In this document: positions 11,651-25,840 of the stretch, in pieces
Layout: every line of letters begins with the position of its first letter
Numbering within the stretch: position 1 is the stretch's first letter
Assembly (NCBI GenBank): GCA_013239625.1
Contig: MU054098.1
Coordinates: 124,001 to 188,000 of the forward strand
Direction: 5' to 3'
Origin: Lama guanicoe
Taxonomy: Eukaryota
Length of the DNA stretch: 64,000 nucleotides
Position numbers and translations under genes: made by a program
The notes under the pieces: model-generated
What the model saw: the letters and a program-made list of their open reading frames with translations, nothing else
What the model was told of the DNA's origin: nothing
The model's database searches: none

Positions 11651-14631
11651 CACAAGCTTTTTCTCTCTGCTCTACATTCCCCAAGTTCAAGCCCATTTGA
11701 ATCTACACAGGAAAGTGAGATCAGGTGGTGAAAGGTTAACAGTTGCTACAGACTTCTCTAAGATACCAGCTACTGTGTAATATCACAGGGGCTGGCATTG
11801 GGAGGCAGTATTAACTACAACAGATTTGCAGTATATTCAGATCTGGTCTGTTTGCAGGAAAGATACTTAACAGAACAGATCTACAAGGAGACGGGTGTGC
11901 TTGGTTTTAGAGCTGGGAAGGATGGCCCCACATTGATTGATTGATGGCAGAAGGTTCTTGAGCCTAAACCACACAGTGGTGATGCTCTCTGGTGACCAGC
12001 CTTTTGAAGCTCTAATCCATCAATCTCGGGCTCTCTGCCGCTTCCAGACTAGGGTGTCACCTTCTTGGTGGGCAGCTCCTGTCAGCCCAGGGCAATTCTC
12101 CAGAGAAGATGGGCAACTGGGAGCCCTCAGCAGCTGACACCCATAGCAGCTGCTTGTCAATGTTTCCATCGATGGCAACCTTAAACCTCTCTCTTTTGAC
12201 TTCTGTACAAATTGACTTGTATCTCTTTTGAATTTATCCTCTCAATTATAGGAGTATTTGTATTCAGGCAATGGGAGGAGAGAGGCCCTGGTGGAAGTCT
12301 GAGGTAGGAGAGGGAAGCTGGGGTAGCTAATAAAGGGATAAATGGGAGTGAAGGTGCAAGTTGGGCTGGAGAGGGCAGGAGGTTCAAGGTCAAGACACTG
12401 GAAAAGTAAGTGGGAAATATGGTCCTGCCTCTCGCCTGGGAAGACTCCCTGTCTTTGCCTTGTAAAGGAAATAGATTTGTGACACAATGGCTCCAGTTTG
12501 CTTCATTCTTGGCAGCTCTTGCGAACAAAGATCCCCCCCCCTCACGCTGCAGTGGGTTTAAACTGCCCCTATTTAATTCTTCAGCTATGACAGTCAGCTT
12601 CCAACGCTTTTACTTGCATAGCCTCTACAAGAATTTTGGAAAAAATGATATGCCCCGTAACAGACCTTAAAGCTGACACCTAACAACTTTTTATGCAGGG
12701 ATTTATGAAAGTTTAAATATTGCAAATGAAGTGATTTCTGGCATACTGCAAATATTGATATTTAAAAAGAACACTGTGGCCTCCTCCTTTTAAGTGGAAC
12801 CAAATTCCGTAGCAGTTTAAGATCCACAATTGTCCCTTTAAAAGATACATGAACAAACTCCTTTTGAATAGTCAGCAATTTTTTCTGAATAGTCACCTTT
12901 TTTCTCTTGAATTCTTATTTTCATTCTACTCATTCCACAGAATTGTATCCTGATGGAGTATGTTTTTATTCTTGAAAGTCTTTGATGATCACATTTTAAT
13001 CCGTGCCATAGAAACATATGCAAACTTACATTGTAAAAAAATGCTTATTTCCTGTGACTGTAAGGCTCTGAGCCTTTGGGGCTGTTTTCATTATAAATCA
13101 TTAGTACACAATTGATTAAAATCCACAAATATATTGTAAAACTTTATAATGAATAAACATTAAATAGAGTATTATTGGAAACATATCTCTTAATTTGATG
13201 GAAGGAGGTTTTTTTTTTAAAAGTAGTTCTTTTCTCCGTGGATGAATGTTACTTATTGTTAGAATGAGACCAAGTTCAGTGTTTTTAATACAGTTAAGTG
13301 TTGACAAATCTGGTTTACATAAATAAGTGGCTGGAAATGAATGGAGTTTAGTTAAAACAATATCATTCAATTGAGCACTTTCTGAATAATATCTCAAAAA
13401 GTTACACAATGATCTATCATCAAAATTATATGTAATGACCTATCAAATGACAGTGTGGTTAGGCCCTCCTCTGATTTTGCTGAAAGCAAGGCATTAAAAA
13501 CGACCGTCAGCCCTCCATGTCCTGTAGGCTCTGTGTCCATGGAAAGGGAGAGCCAACTGTCCTTGCTTTACAAAAGTATTTGTTATCTCATCATCGAAAT
13601 AATCCATTTTATCAATATCAGCACCAATATTTTCAATGATCTCTTTGGTATCCAGGAGGTTTCTATACCTTGGGGCCAGGCACCAAAGTCAGCCTTGACA
13701 TGAGTTAGAGACATGCTTTTTCTTTTGCAAAGTAGGAGAAGGGAAGGTGGGAAAGGAGGACCGTCAGGTATGTTCTCATACAGATCAAGTTCAGGGAAGA
13801 GTACACATGGAAGTTAAAACTCTGGAAATTGGCTACAAACAGACACACAAACAAAACCTGCCTACGGAACTCTTTAAAGTCTTCATGTACCCTAAGAGTA
13901 TGTGCATCCAGTTGGAACAACACTGACCCCTAGTACAGAATAATGTGAAGAGCAGAGGACTGGAGTAAGGAGGAAGACAGTATCCCTACTGACCCCATCA
14001 GGACACTATAATATGATTTTTAAAAGAGTCAGTGTTGAGTCATTGCAATAGGGGCTGCCCCAAACTCATATACTCAATCTAGAACTTCACATGCATGCCT
14101 TGCTCATGTCCTTGAGACAACGGAATCATTTACTTATATTTAGACTCAAGTGCAGAAGACTGGTACAGAGTGGGGTGGTTGCAGAAATATTATTGGCCCT
14201 TTGGACAAAAGAACTCAGTACAGGAAAGGGAGGATGAGAACCACAAATAAAGTTACTGATTTACCTGGTTTCCTAGAGTCTCCTTAACTACAGGGGTTAA
14301 ATAAATCTCTTTGAAGTGCTTTAGGTAGTAGATGGCACACAGCATAGCTTCAGGGAACACCCGACCTGTCTCAGGCACTCATGTAATGTCTCTTTAAGTG
14401 GTCTGACCGTCCACTTCTAGCCCAGCTCAGTGCTTCAGACTCGAGCAGATAAAGTTCTGCTCCAGCCCGTTTTTAACTGGGTTCCATAGAGACCCACAGG
14501 GTAGGGTGTTCCAGAGTTCTGCAAACCATGCATATTTTTGCCAAAATATTTAATTGATTCATCACTTCTGTCTATTTTAAATATTCCGATTTAGAGGAAA
14601 ATTTAGTTGGGAAAAAGTGTTCTGATGCTGA

Positions 14632-14656
14632 ACACACACACACACACACACACACA
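14632..14656. repeat. (CA)n microsatellite
   Basis: Direct observation. Confidence 0.95.
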
Positions 14657-14929
14657 GCCCCAAGCTATTCACTGAACACACAATGACTTTCACTCCTTGT
14701 TTGTATTCTAGGACATGTTATTTCTTCTGCCTGGGATGATCAAAGCGCATCTTCTCATTAGAGTCTCACTCAACCCTTCCAGACAAAAGATGTTTGCTTT
14801 TTCTTTTAGATAGTATTTTGTATTTGCAATAATTACAATGATTATTATCATTATTTTATTATGATTATTATTATGATTCTGCCCATATTGTATCATAGCT
14901 ATATTACTACATGTACTGGCAATTCAATT

Positions 14930-15540
14930 TTCTAAACATCTCTTGAATATGTCCTCTCTTCTCCATTACCTCTACCAATGCTTTGGTTCAGTTTATCATC
15001 ATCTCTCATCTGGGTCCTTGCAAGAGCCTCCAGTCATGACTCTCTCCTATCTGTTTTTCCCTACTGCCACCAAGGTGATGCACCTAAGGCCATATCCTGA
15101 CTATATCATGCCCCTACTTACAACATTTTGTGGGTCTTATTGCCCTAAATGATAAAGAGCATGATTCTGAGCTTAGCTAACTTATCCTGTTTCCTCCTCA
15201 GGCTTCTTTCACTCTTCTCCTCACTCTCCAAGTGAATCCTAAGTTGCAGCCATGAGGAATCAGTGATAATTCAGCCAGAAAGCTATGTCATCTCAAGGTT
15301 TTGTGCTTTACGAACAACGCACTCTTTACCTGAGATAGCTGCTCTCTAGAGTTTAGTGACGTTAATTCCTGCAGATCCTTTAGCTGCCCACTTAGATGTC
15401 ACTTCCTCTGGGAAGCTTTCCTGACGCTAAAGTATCTTGCTTTTGTGATCCTATAGTTCTCCTCCACCATCATTTACTATATTTCATAGTAATTGTGTTT
15501 ATGTTTGTCTTTACCACAAGACTCGAAGTCTTTCTTTTGG
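14930..15540 (+). mobile_element. L2 fragment
   Basis: catcatctctcatctgg...tagatgtcacttcctctgggaagctttcctgac. Confidence 0.65.
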
Positions 15541-16822
15541 GGGGGGTATACAGTTTTCATGTTTCATTGTACTAACATTTATGTGTCATCATTAAATATG
15601 TACATAAGTATATGCTGGCATTACATCCAGGTTTTTGAAATATAAAGATAATTGGATGGATAGATTTAAGGGTGCAATCTATTAGACACTGTAGGATAGA
15701 TTAAACAATTAGAGAATCTAGGGGGTGGTAAAATTCTGTCTATACACATTTACATGTTTAGAAGCACCAGTAAATGCTAAAGGGACAGGAAGACATGTAA
15801 AACTTTGGGGTGCAATTGGAGGAAAAACCCATTCAGGACTGAACTGAGAGGCCCTTGGTTGCTGACAGAATCTCCCCTTGACTTCACACTTCAGACAAGC
15901 TAAGGAGTCTTTGTCAGTGAACAAGAGCACTGAATTGTACAAAATCCCTCTTTGTCAGGAGAAACAATAGCAACAGGACAGATTAAGAAATTGGCTCATG
16001 CCAGTTAAGGTTGTGGGGGCCGGACACAAAGTGAGTACGGCTGGTTGGAGGCTGGAAATGCAGTTGGATGTTGGAGCTCAAGTCTAGGACCTCTAGATCT
16101 GAATAGCAGACTGGAAACTCAGTCTAGAGAGAGAACTGGTTAGTGCATGCCTCCAAGATCATTATTTTCCCAACAACTTCCTCGGATGCTTTCCTTATAC
16201 ATAGCGTAAGACTTGGAAGTCTTAAGGGCAGGGATTGTATCTTAATAATCGCTGTCTCTCCATTTCCTTGTACAATGCCTTGAACAAAATAGTTGTTCAA
16301 GAAATCGTTTTTGAACAAGTGAAGGATGTTTGGGAGGAGAATGTCTGTCCGGCCTAGGGCAGGCTGAGGGAATCTACTTTACTTTGAGGTCCTGGGTCAT
16401 TCCTAACTAAGAGGCCTCAGGGCTTGAGAGTATGAGATGGGGGCCAGGGCGTTTCTAGGCTATGTCCAGAAAGGGTTAGCAGCATCAGTAGCAGTAAAAG
16501 GAAGACATTAGGAAAATGAGATTGCTGAACGACTAAAGGAGAAAGGAATCTGGGTGCTATGGAGACCAAACAGTAGTCACAGCTGTTGACTCTAGGGGAC
16601 AACAGAACAAGAGGGGGATAAAAAGCGCAATAAAAGGCCATTGAAAGCACACCTGTTACAGTAGGAGACAGGCCTTGGGCAGTATCCGGTTACATGCCTA
16701 GGACAATTTGCTTCTTATTTATTTTAAACTCTGAGCAATCTAGGGATAAAATTAGACTAAGACGGGGCATTGTTCTAACATTTCCTATTGGCAATATCCT
16801 TTCTGTGTTCCTGAACAAAGAA

Positions 16823-16883
<61 letters not shown>
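16823..16883. repeat. Compound (TA)n/(CA)n microsatellite
   Basis: Direct observation. Confidence 0.95.
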
Positions 16884-17599
16884 GTGAAACACAGAGCAGA
16901 GGCAATTTATCTTTTAAAATACGTGTATAACATAGAAATATCAGAAAAAGGAACTTATTGAGCCATTACCATCCAACTCAAAAGGAATCTCACTGTTAAC
17001 CTTTTCTGATGTCCTATCTTGCCACTAACTATAATTTTGGGAAATCTTATCATCCAGATGTTATTAAAATAATTCTTTCGTCTTTAGCCTCACAGATGGC
17101 TTTGGTCCACAGGAATCTGGTTTGATAACATAAGGACCATATTTCAAAGATTTCTGAAAATAAGTGGATAGTTTAATAAAGAGATAATGTATGCAGACCA
17201 CCACAAATATTTCGATGAAAAAGGAAACATTTAATCAAAAATCAGGATTTATATCTACATGATGAGAGAATAAAATTCCCATTTTTCATGCAGCATTTTT
17301 GCTGTAACCAAGTGGACACTGCAAAAAACATATCTTTAAAGTTATTCATTTCTTTGTATAGAAGAGATTATTGCTGTACCAACAAGAACAACAAGCAAAG
17401 TTTGATTATATTCATTCATACCAAGGCAGGCCTAACAGGAGGAAGAGCTTCCTATAGGTTTCTACATTTTTCTGTTTGGTGCGTTTGCTATTAGGTGAAC
17501 CAAAGGATCTCTTAACTGCCCCCATTCATAGTTTACAACATATCAGTTCTAGTGGCATCAATTCCTTTATTTAGTCATTTGAAAATTTAACTGGCAGTA

Positions 17600-18410
17600 G
17601 AGGGAGAGGGTGTTGAAGAATGTTCCAAACAGAACAGCATGTGCAGGAGGATCTGACTCGGTAAATGACTTGCATATTGGAGGATGTAAAAGAAAGCCAG
17701 AATCTTTCAAGGATAGTGAGTAAGTGCTCTTGGGCCTTACCCTAAGAGTCATAGGAAATCACTGAATGGTTTTGACGTTCGAGAGTGACACAATCGGATT
17801 TATGTGTTGGAAAGGTGACTAGGTGTACAGTGTACAGAATGGATCAGAGGGCCGGACAAGGCAAGAGTTAGAGTCCTGGCAACGTAGATGGAGAGAAGTG
17901 GACAGATTTGAGGGAGATGTCCGAGGTAGAAGCAATAGGATGTAGTGATGAACTGATGGCAGAAGAGAGACCAAGAGGCTGAAGTTGTCTCCTGGTTTTC
18001 TGACTTGAGTAATTGGGTGGATAGTGGTGCTTTTAACTGAAACACAAAGTGCCTAAGAAAGAACTGGAGTTTGGGGAAGGTGGTATAAATCTTCAATACA
18101 CTTTTTGTCTGGATGAATTTTTGGTGCCTCTCAGATACCTACAATAGGCAGGTTTCAAGTTCACTATGAACCTCTAGGATGGCGTCACTGGTATATAACT
18201 GAAACCTTGGGAATGAATGAAATCATCTCAGGAGAAAAGGCCATCCCCTGGAACTCCAACATTTAAAATTTGGGCAGAAACAGAAGAACCAACAAAGATG
18301 CCAGAGGAGTAGCCAGACAAAGGGAAGAAAACTAGAGGAGGGTGATGTCACAGAAATCAAAACTGTTTCAAGAAGGAGGGTGTGATTGTCTAAGATGAAG
18401 ACTGACAGTG
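17600..18410 (-). mobile_element. L2 fragment
   Basis: gatggagagaagtggacagatttgagg...ggttttctgacttgagtaattgggtggatagtggtgc...ggaactccaacatttaa. Confidence 0.7.
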
Positions 18411-20595
18411 TCACGTGTAAGATTCTCTCTAGTCAGGGTCCCATCATGCCCTTCCACTCCTACCTGAATTTTATGGTGTAAATACATTGGCCAGGTGGCT
18501 CCACTAAATCTATAGGACTGGGGCACATGGAGAAAAATGATCCTCCTTTTGAATCTAATCAAGCTTATGGAGAAATGCCCTGGGTGCTTTTCCACAGGCA
18601 TATGACAAACTATCTCCCTTTCTCAGTCAGAAGAATCAGACTTCCTATTTATGATTTATTGGCACCCACGTAGTACCAAACACACTGGAACTCAACAAAA
18701 AAGAATTAGATTCTTTTCTAAGGGAGAAAGAAATACATTTCTTAGGGGAAAATGTCCACAGGGACACAGATATTATGTCTGTGTTTGTCAAACAACTGTA
18801 AAAGAAGATCAAAGAGCAGAAAACTCTGGAAAATGGTTCTTGAGCTAAAACACCCTGAAGTTTGTGGATTTCTGGGAGTATGAAGCCCTTTGAATGAAGA
18901 GTATAAGCTGTACACAAAGCTGGAGTTCAATTAGGATCGGATATCAAAGTTGATCTTGCTTACTTCAAATGATTTAATTGGATGCTGGAGGAAGAGAGCT
19001 TACGCTAAAAAGGAATTAGTAATGTTGTGACTAAGATTCTGACATGTGAATAACAGGAAGAAGAACTCTGTGGTAATCCAGAAGGAAAAAAAAAATGGAA
19101 AAGAGGCTGAGTAGATACAAACTGCTGATTATTTTGACCGAATTTCATCCCAGCTATGAATTCAAATAGTAGATACATCATTTCAGAAAAACCAATCTCT
19201 TGTAATACAGAAAAAATTACAGCGTTCAATATCTAAGCCCATGCTATTAATAAAAGCTTTCTGAGAGAGAATTAGGGTGGAGGGAGAAAGGGATGGGGAG
19301 GGAAGGATAGGGGTGAGGGAGAGAGGGAGAGAGAGGAGGAGGAGAGAGAAATTGATTCTGAGAAATTGACTCTGTGTCTGCCTGAAAGTCATTGGACAAA
19401 ATCACAAAGAAAACATTGGCAAGAGATCAGGCCTCCTGGAATCCATTAAATACAGAGAAGGAGAAAAATATCTAAATGTTGGTTGCAGATCAGCATGTTA
19501 TATTCAAAGATTTGAGCAGAACTGTTTAAGGGTGAGAAGACCCAGCAATAAAATTTCATAACCATTATTCATAAAAATAAGAACAGAAATTTGCTAGGTT
19601 AGAGAGCATCTGCTACTGCTACATATGTTGGATCCCATACATGGGTCTTAACCAGGAAGAAAGATCTTGGTGGGTCATTTATTTCTCATTTCTGCTCTTG
19701 CCTCAACCTATGCAAATTTCTGCAGTGCCTCCACTAATCACTAGTCACAATTACAGGTTCTGAAGGTGTGCGCAGAATAAAGACTAATCTGACCAACTAA
19801 ACCACAGATTTAGGATACAAATGAGGGCTAATCCAGGCTGGGAGATGATCACTGCCACAGTCATGTCCCACACCCACAACTCCTTTGATAGGCAAATCCA
19901 ATAGACAGGAGCTGGTAGAATGACTTGACTTGAAAGCATAGCCTGCTTTAGTGAGAAGTTTCAGAGAGAAGTTAGAGATCAGATTGACAAGATGCCAAGG
20001 ACAGGGAGGTCAGCTAACACAGGATAGAACAGGTTGGTACTGGAGGCTTAAACAGACTAGAACAATCATATCTGACCTTTTAGAAAATGGAGACTACTCA
20101 TTGCCAACAAGACAAGTTTTGGAAAAATTTAAAAAGCAGTAATTATTCATTCTATGAAAATTTTGGAAAAAAATATAAACAAAAAGAAGAAAATGAAAAA
20201 TGCACACAATATCATCTCCAGAGATAGCCACAATCAGCTCCATGGTGTACATCCCATAAAATCTTTTTTCTATGCATCTACAGATATATATACACACACA
20301 CACACGCACACATGTATATTTGCAGTTACTGCATTTTAATCAGAATTAATTTTTACTTAATGATATTTTTATAACTTAATGATATTTTTATAAACAAGTT
20401 TCTATTACAATATTTACCCACCATACTATTTTTTTCTACATAATATTACATCATAAGGGTGTATCACAATTTATTTTACTAATCTATTGTTGAACATGTT
20501 TGGTGTTTCTAGTTTTTTACTACTAGGAAGACTACTACAGTGAATATCACTGAACATATTCTTTAAGTATCCCTTTCTAATATCAAACATATAAA

Positions 20596-21443
20596 AATGA
20601 GACAACTGGATATACACATGCAAAAGATTGATGTTGTACCCCTACCTCACAATAGACACTAAAATTAACTCTAAATGGGTCAAAGACCTAAATATAAGAG
20701 CTAGAACTGTACAGCTTTTAGAAGAAATCAGAGGGGCAAAACTTCATGATCTTGGATTTCTTAGATATGACATCAGAAGCACAATCAACAAAAGAAAAAA
20801 AATAAAATGGACTTGATCAAAATTAAAAACTTTTCTGCATCAAAGAACAGTATCAAGAGAGTAAAAACATGCAGTCCACAGAATGGGAGAAAATATTTGC
20901 AAATCACACATCTGATTTGAGTCTAGAATCCAGATTATATAAAAACCTTCTATAATTCAACAACAAAAAGAAAAACAATCCAATTAAAATCTGGGCCTAA
21001 GACCTGAATAGACATTTCTCCAGAAGAGACATACAAATGTCCAATGACCACATGAAAATATGCTGACATCACTAATTGTTAGAGAAATGAAAATCAAAGC
21101 TACAATGAGGTATCCCCTCACACTGATCAGAAGGGCCATAATAATAAAATCTACAAATAATAAATGCTGGAGAGGGTGTGGAGGAAAGAGAACCCTCCTA
21201 CCCTGTTGGTGGGAATGTAAATTGGTGTAGTCACTATGGAGAACAGTATGGAGGTTCCTTAAAAAACTAAAAATAGATTTACCATGTGATCCAGCAATCC
21301 CATTCCTGGGCATATATCTGGAGGAAACTCTAATTTGAAAAAATACATGCACCCCCAATGTTCATAGCAGCACTATTTACAATAGTCAAGACATGGAAAC
21401 AACCTAAGTGTCCACTGACTGATGAATGGATAAAGAAGATATG

Positions 21444-21491
<48 letters not shown>

Positions 21492-22770
21492 GAATATTAC
21501 TTAGCCATAAAAAAGAATCGCAATAATGCCATTTGCAGCAGCAACACAGGTGGACCTAGAGATTATCATACTAAGTGAAGTAAGTTAGACAGAGAATGAC
21601 AAGTATCATATGATATCACTTGTATGTGAAATCTAAAAAAGATACAAATGAACTTATTTACAAAACAGAAAGAGACTCACAGAAATAGAAAACAAACTCA
21701 TGGTTACCAAAGGGGAATAGGGGGAGGGATAAATTAGGAGTTTGGGATTAGCTGATACAAACTACTGTATACAAAATAGATAAACAACAAGGTCCTACTG
21801 TATAGCACAAGGAACTATATTCAATATCTTGCAATAAAGTATAATGGAAAAAATCAGAAAAAGAATATATCTGAATCACTATGCTGTACACCAAAAACTA
21901 ACACAACATTGTAAGTCAACTATACTTCAATTTAAAAAAAAAGAGATTATTATATAAAAAAAAGATGAAATACCAACTAACAGCTATTAGGATGGCTACT
22001 ATGTACTAATTTTGTGTCCTTGGTATTTTATTCTTTTTGATGTGGCTACTGTTAAAAAAAAACCAAGAAATAATAAGTGTTGGCAAAGATGTGGAGAAAT
22101 TGGGACTCTGGTATATTGCTAGGGGGAATGTAAAGTTGTGCAGCCACTGTGGAAAACTGTTAGACAGTTTCTCAAGAAGTTAAACAGAATTATCATATAT
22201 ATCAGCAATTCTATTCCTAGATAAATACTCCAAAGAATTGAGAGCAGGTGTTCAAACAAAAACATGTATACCCATGTTCATAGCGACACAATTCAAATTC
22301 ACCAGTCAAAATGTGGACATAACCCAAACATCCATCAGTGGATAAATGGCTAAACAAATGTGGTATATTCATACAATGGACTATTATTCAGCCATGAAAA
22401 GGAATGAAGTAATGATGCATGCTGCAACATGGATGAGCCTTGAAAACATGCTAAATAAAAGAAATTGGACACAAAAGGACACATATTGTATAATTCCATT
22501 TAAATGAACTATCCAGAATAAGCAAATCCTTAGAGACAGAATGCAGATTGGGGGTTGCCAGGAGCTGCAGGGAGGGGATATTACGGAGTGACTGCTTAAT
22601 GGGTAAGCGTTTTTCTTTTGGGGTGATAAAAAAATCTGAAACTAGATAATAGTGATGATTGCACTACACTGTGGATGTGCTTAATGCCACTGAACTGTAC
22701 ATTTTAAAATGGTTTAAATTCTAAATTTTATGTTTTGTTTATTTTACCACAATAAAAATTAAATTTAAAA
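20596..22770 (+). mobile_element. Composite L1: old L1MB-like ORF2 end and 3' UTR interrupted by a younger cetartiodactyl L1 (about 21000/21110-21964)
   Basis: The ORF2 remnant translates as LYPYLTIDTKINSKWVKDLNIR. Two successive, different L1 3' UTRs each end in an A-rich tail (about 21930-21964 and about 22750-22770). Confidence 0.9.
21446..21489. repeat. (AC)22 microsatellite inside L1
   Basis: Perfect dinucleotide run. Confidence 0.95.
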
Positions 22771-23084
22771 TGTATTTGTAAACTTATGTAAAGTTAGTAG
22801 TTTTGATATCCATTATTTGAGACATTAGATAATGACAGAAAGCTACTATGACTTTGATAATACTTTATGAGTTAACATACTATTAAATACCATATATGGA
22901 CATGCTTGAAAAAATAGTACTAGATGTATATATGCAAGATAAATATGTATGATTTAACACCAGGCTCTTTTCACATAAGGACATGAAGACTCCTTGCAAT
23001 AATTTTGCTGGCTTCTGGAAACTGAGGTCCCAAAGGCTCTGACTTATTAAGCGAAAAAATTAGTTCACAAAATCAGAAGGGTCG

Positions 23085-23600
23085 TGTATTAGTATCCTGT
23101 GGCTGTTGTAACAAATTACCACAAAGTGAGGGGCTTGTAACAACAGGAATGGATTACCTCGCAGCTCTGGAGAGCAGAAGTCCACAATCAAGGTGTTAAT
23201 AGGGTTGCTCTCTCTAAAGGTTCTAAGGGAGGATCCATTCCTTGTCCCTTCCGGATTCTAGTGGTTCCAGAAGTTTGGGCCACATCACTCCAATCTCTGC
23301 CTCTGCGGTCACCCTGCCTCCTCTTCTGTCTCAAAACTTCTTTTATCTCCATCTTATCAAGAGAAATGTGATTGCTTTTAGTGACCATCTAGATAATCTA
23401 GGATAAACTCCTCCTCTCAAGTTCCTTAACTTAATCACATCTTCTGCCGTATAATATTAATAGCCACTCTTTAGCCATAGAAGGTCATAATCACAGGTTC
23501 TGGGGATTAGGACAGGGAGATATTTTGGGGGGAAACCAATACTTAGCACACTCCAGTCTTCCTTTGGCCCCACCCCCATCCCAAATTCACATCCATCCCA
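23085..23600 (-). mobile_element. MaLR LTR (MLT1C/D-like, 23085-23555) with a short stub of internal sequence
   Basis: tgtattagt...gctgttgtaacaaattaccacaa...cttaacttaatcacatc...caggttctggggattaggac, followed by an MLT-int-like ctttggcccc...aattcacatcc. Confidence 0.85.
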
Positions 23601-24249
23601 GAGAGTAAGGACAGAACCCTAAGGGGAATATCTATAGTCAGGAGTGGGAGGAGAGACAAGAGCCACCAAAGAGGGGACAGAAGGAGCAGTGGGAAGGGAG
23701 GAAGTGTTTCAAGGCAGAATAGCTCGATTTAACCGCCTGTCAAATATGATCAAACTTTGGATGACGTCTCATTGGTCCTTTGTGTGAACACAGCTAACAC
23801 TGGACAATTTGAGGGTGTGTTCATGCTTTTGATCAAATAAAATGCCATTTAGTACATTGTTATTGTAGCAATTATTTACTGAATAATCCTCTGGCCACTT
23901 AAAACTGTCCACCATATTGCCCAAATTTTTTAATTAAGATCCAGGTTACATCATAATTTATAAGAAACAGATACATGTTGGTTGATACATAGTTATTTAT
24001 ATATGCTTTTAATTTATTTTTTATCATAACATATATATTATATATGTATACAAGAAACTAAAGAGGGGAAAATTTACTTGAGGAAATGGAATAATCAAAT
24101 TTTAGTTCTCAATAGAGCATTAAGCAACACAGATGCTTCATATGGTTTCACTTTTAAAAATTCAAGACATAACTATCATGTTCTCTAGATATTGCATAAC
24201 GAAGTGCTGAGAAACAGCTTGACCTTACAGCAAAAGCAGCCAGCTTACA

Positions 24250-25840
24250 TTTTTAATGTATCTTTGAGATATAATTTACGTACAATAAAATTTACCCTTT
24301 TAAAGTATTTAATTCAATGTTTTTTGGTATATTCACAGAGTTGTACAACTGTCACCATTATATCGTTTTAGAACATTTTCATCATCCTGAAAACAAACAT
24401 TGCCCAATTAGCAGTCAGTCCATAATATTCCCTTCCTGTCAGTGCCTCACAACCACTACTGTACCTTTTGTCTCTATGGACTTACCGACTCTCGACGTTT
24501 CATATAAATGGAATCACAATATGTGGTCTTTTGTGATTGGCTTCTTTCATTTCATATATTTTCAAGGTCAATCTATATTGTAGCATGTATCAGAACTTTA
24601 TTCCCTTTCATGGGCAAATAATATTCCATTGTATGGATATATCAGTTTTGTTTATCTGTTTATTAGTAGTTGATGAACATTTGGGTTGTTTTCACCATTG
24701 GATATTATGAATATGTTGCTATGAACATTTGTAAACAAGAGTTGTAGTGGAATGTATTTTCAGTTCTCTTGGCTGTATCCATAGGAGTGGAGTTGCTGGG
24801 TTCTATCATATCTATGTTTAATATAATGAGGAACTGCCAAATTTTTCCAAGCCGTACCATTTTACATTCCCACCATCACTATATGGGATCTAATTTTTTG
24901 ACATCCTCACCAACACCTGTTATCATATCTTTTAAAAATTGAAGTATAGTCAGTTTACAATGTGAATTACAGCCATCTCAGTGGATGTGAAACGGAAATA
25001 TTGAGCAGATGGTACAGAAAGTTCCCATATATACCCCTCCCATACACACGTACACGGTCTCCCCTATTAATAAAATATTGTATTAATGTGGTACATTTGT
25101 TACAATTAATGAGTCAACATTGATAGATCATTATTAATTAAAGTCCACAGTCTACATGAAAATTCCCTCTTTGTGTTGTACAGTTCTATGAGTTTTTGAC
25201 AAATGCGTACTATCACGTATCCACCATTGCAGTATCGTACAGAATAGTTTCACAGGCCTCAAACTCCCCTGTGCTTTACCTATTCATCTCCCCCTTCCCC
25301 TGAACGCCTGGCGACCACTGATCATTTTACTGTTTCCACAGTTTTGGCTTTTTCCAAAATGTCATACAATTGGATGCACAGATTATGCAGCCTTTTCAGA
25401 CTGGCTTCTTCCCCTTAGTAATATGCATTTAAGGTTCCTTGATGTCTTTTCATGGTTTGATGGCTCTTTTCTTTTTTCTTTTTTTTTTTGGTGAATTCAT
25501 TTTTTATATTTCCCTTCAGCCAATATTTACTGGGCTTCTCTATCAGTGTCATTGTGGTTTTGATTTGCGTTTCCCTAATGACTAGCTGTTGGGCATCTGA
25601 CCACATGCTTACTGGTTATTTACATATCTCCTTTGGAGAAATTTCCATTCAGATCCTTGTCCTTTTTAAAACTGGGTCATCGGTCTTTTCATTGTTGAGT
25701 TATTCTTTATATACTGTTGGGTTTATATCATTGTTGAATTTAGTCCTTTATGTATTCTAGATACACGTTTCTTATCAGATATACGGTTTGCAAATATTTT
25801 CTCCCACTTTGGGGGTTGTCCTTGCACTTCCGTGACAGTT
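24250..25840 (-). mobile_element. Nested old L1 fragments (L1MB-like host with an L1MC-like insert at about 25000-25480 and a tiny young L1 end at about 24930-24964)
   Basis: Reverse L1 motifs: tttgagatataatt, tattccattgtatggatata, attttacattcccacca, gtggttttgatttgcgtttccctaatgac, tttgcaaatattttctccca. Confidence 0.85.

Noticed and set aside
14325..14338. CTCF-like gtagtagatggcac
   Set aside because: Mismatches the conserved 5' CC of the motif; unsupported without ChIP data.
20355..20392. Perfect 19-bp tandem duplication (and a 12-bp repeat at 38870/38888)
   Set aside because: Ordinary slippage duplications. Only two units and no spacer array, so not CRISPR-like.
20628..21358. ORFs at 20628-20816, 20984-21358, 31383-31874, 46983-47263, 50260-50550 and 53203-53527 as genes
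   Set aside because: They are sense or antisense fragments of decayed L1 ORF2 and 3' UTR.
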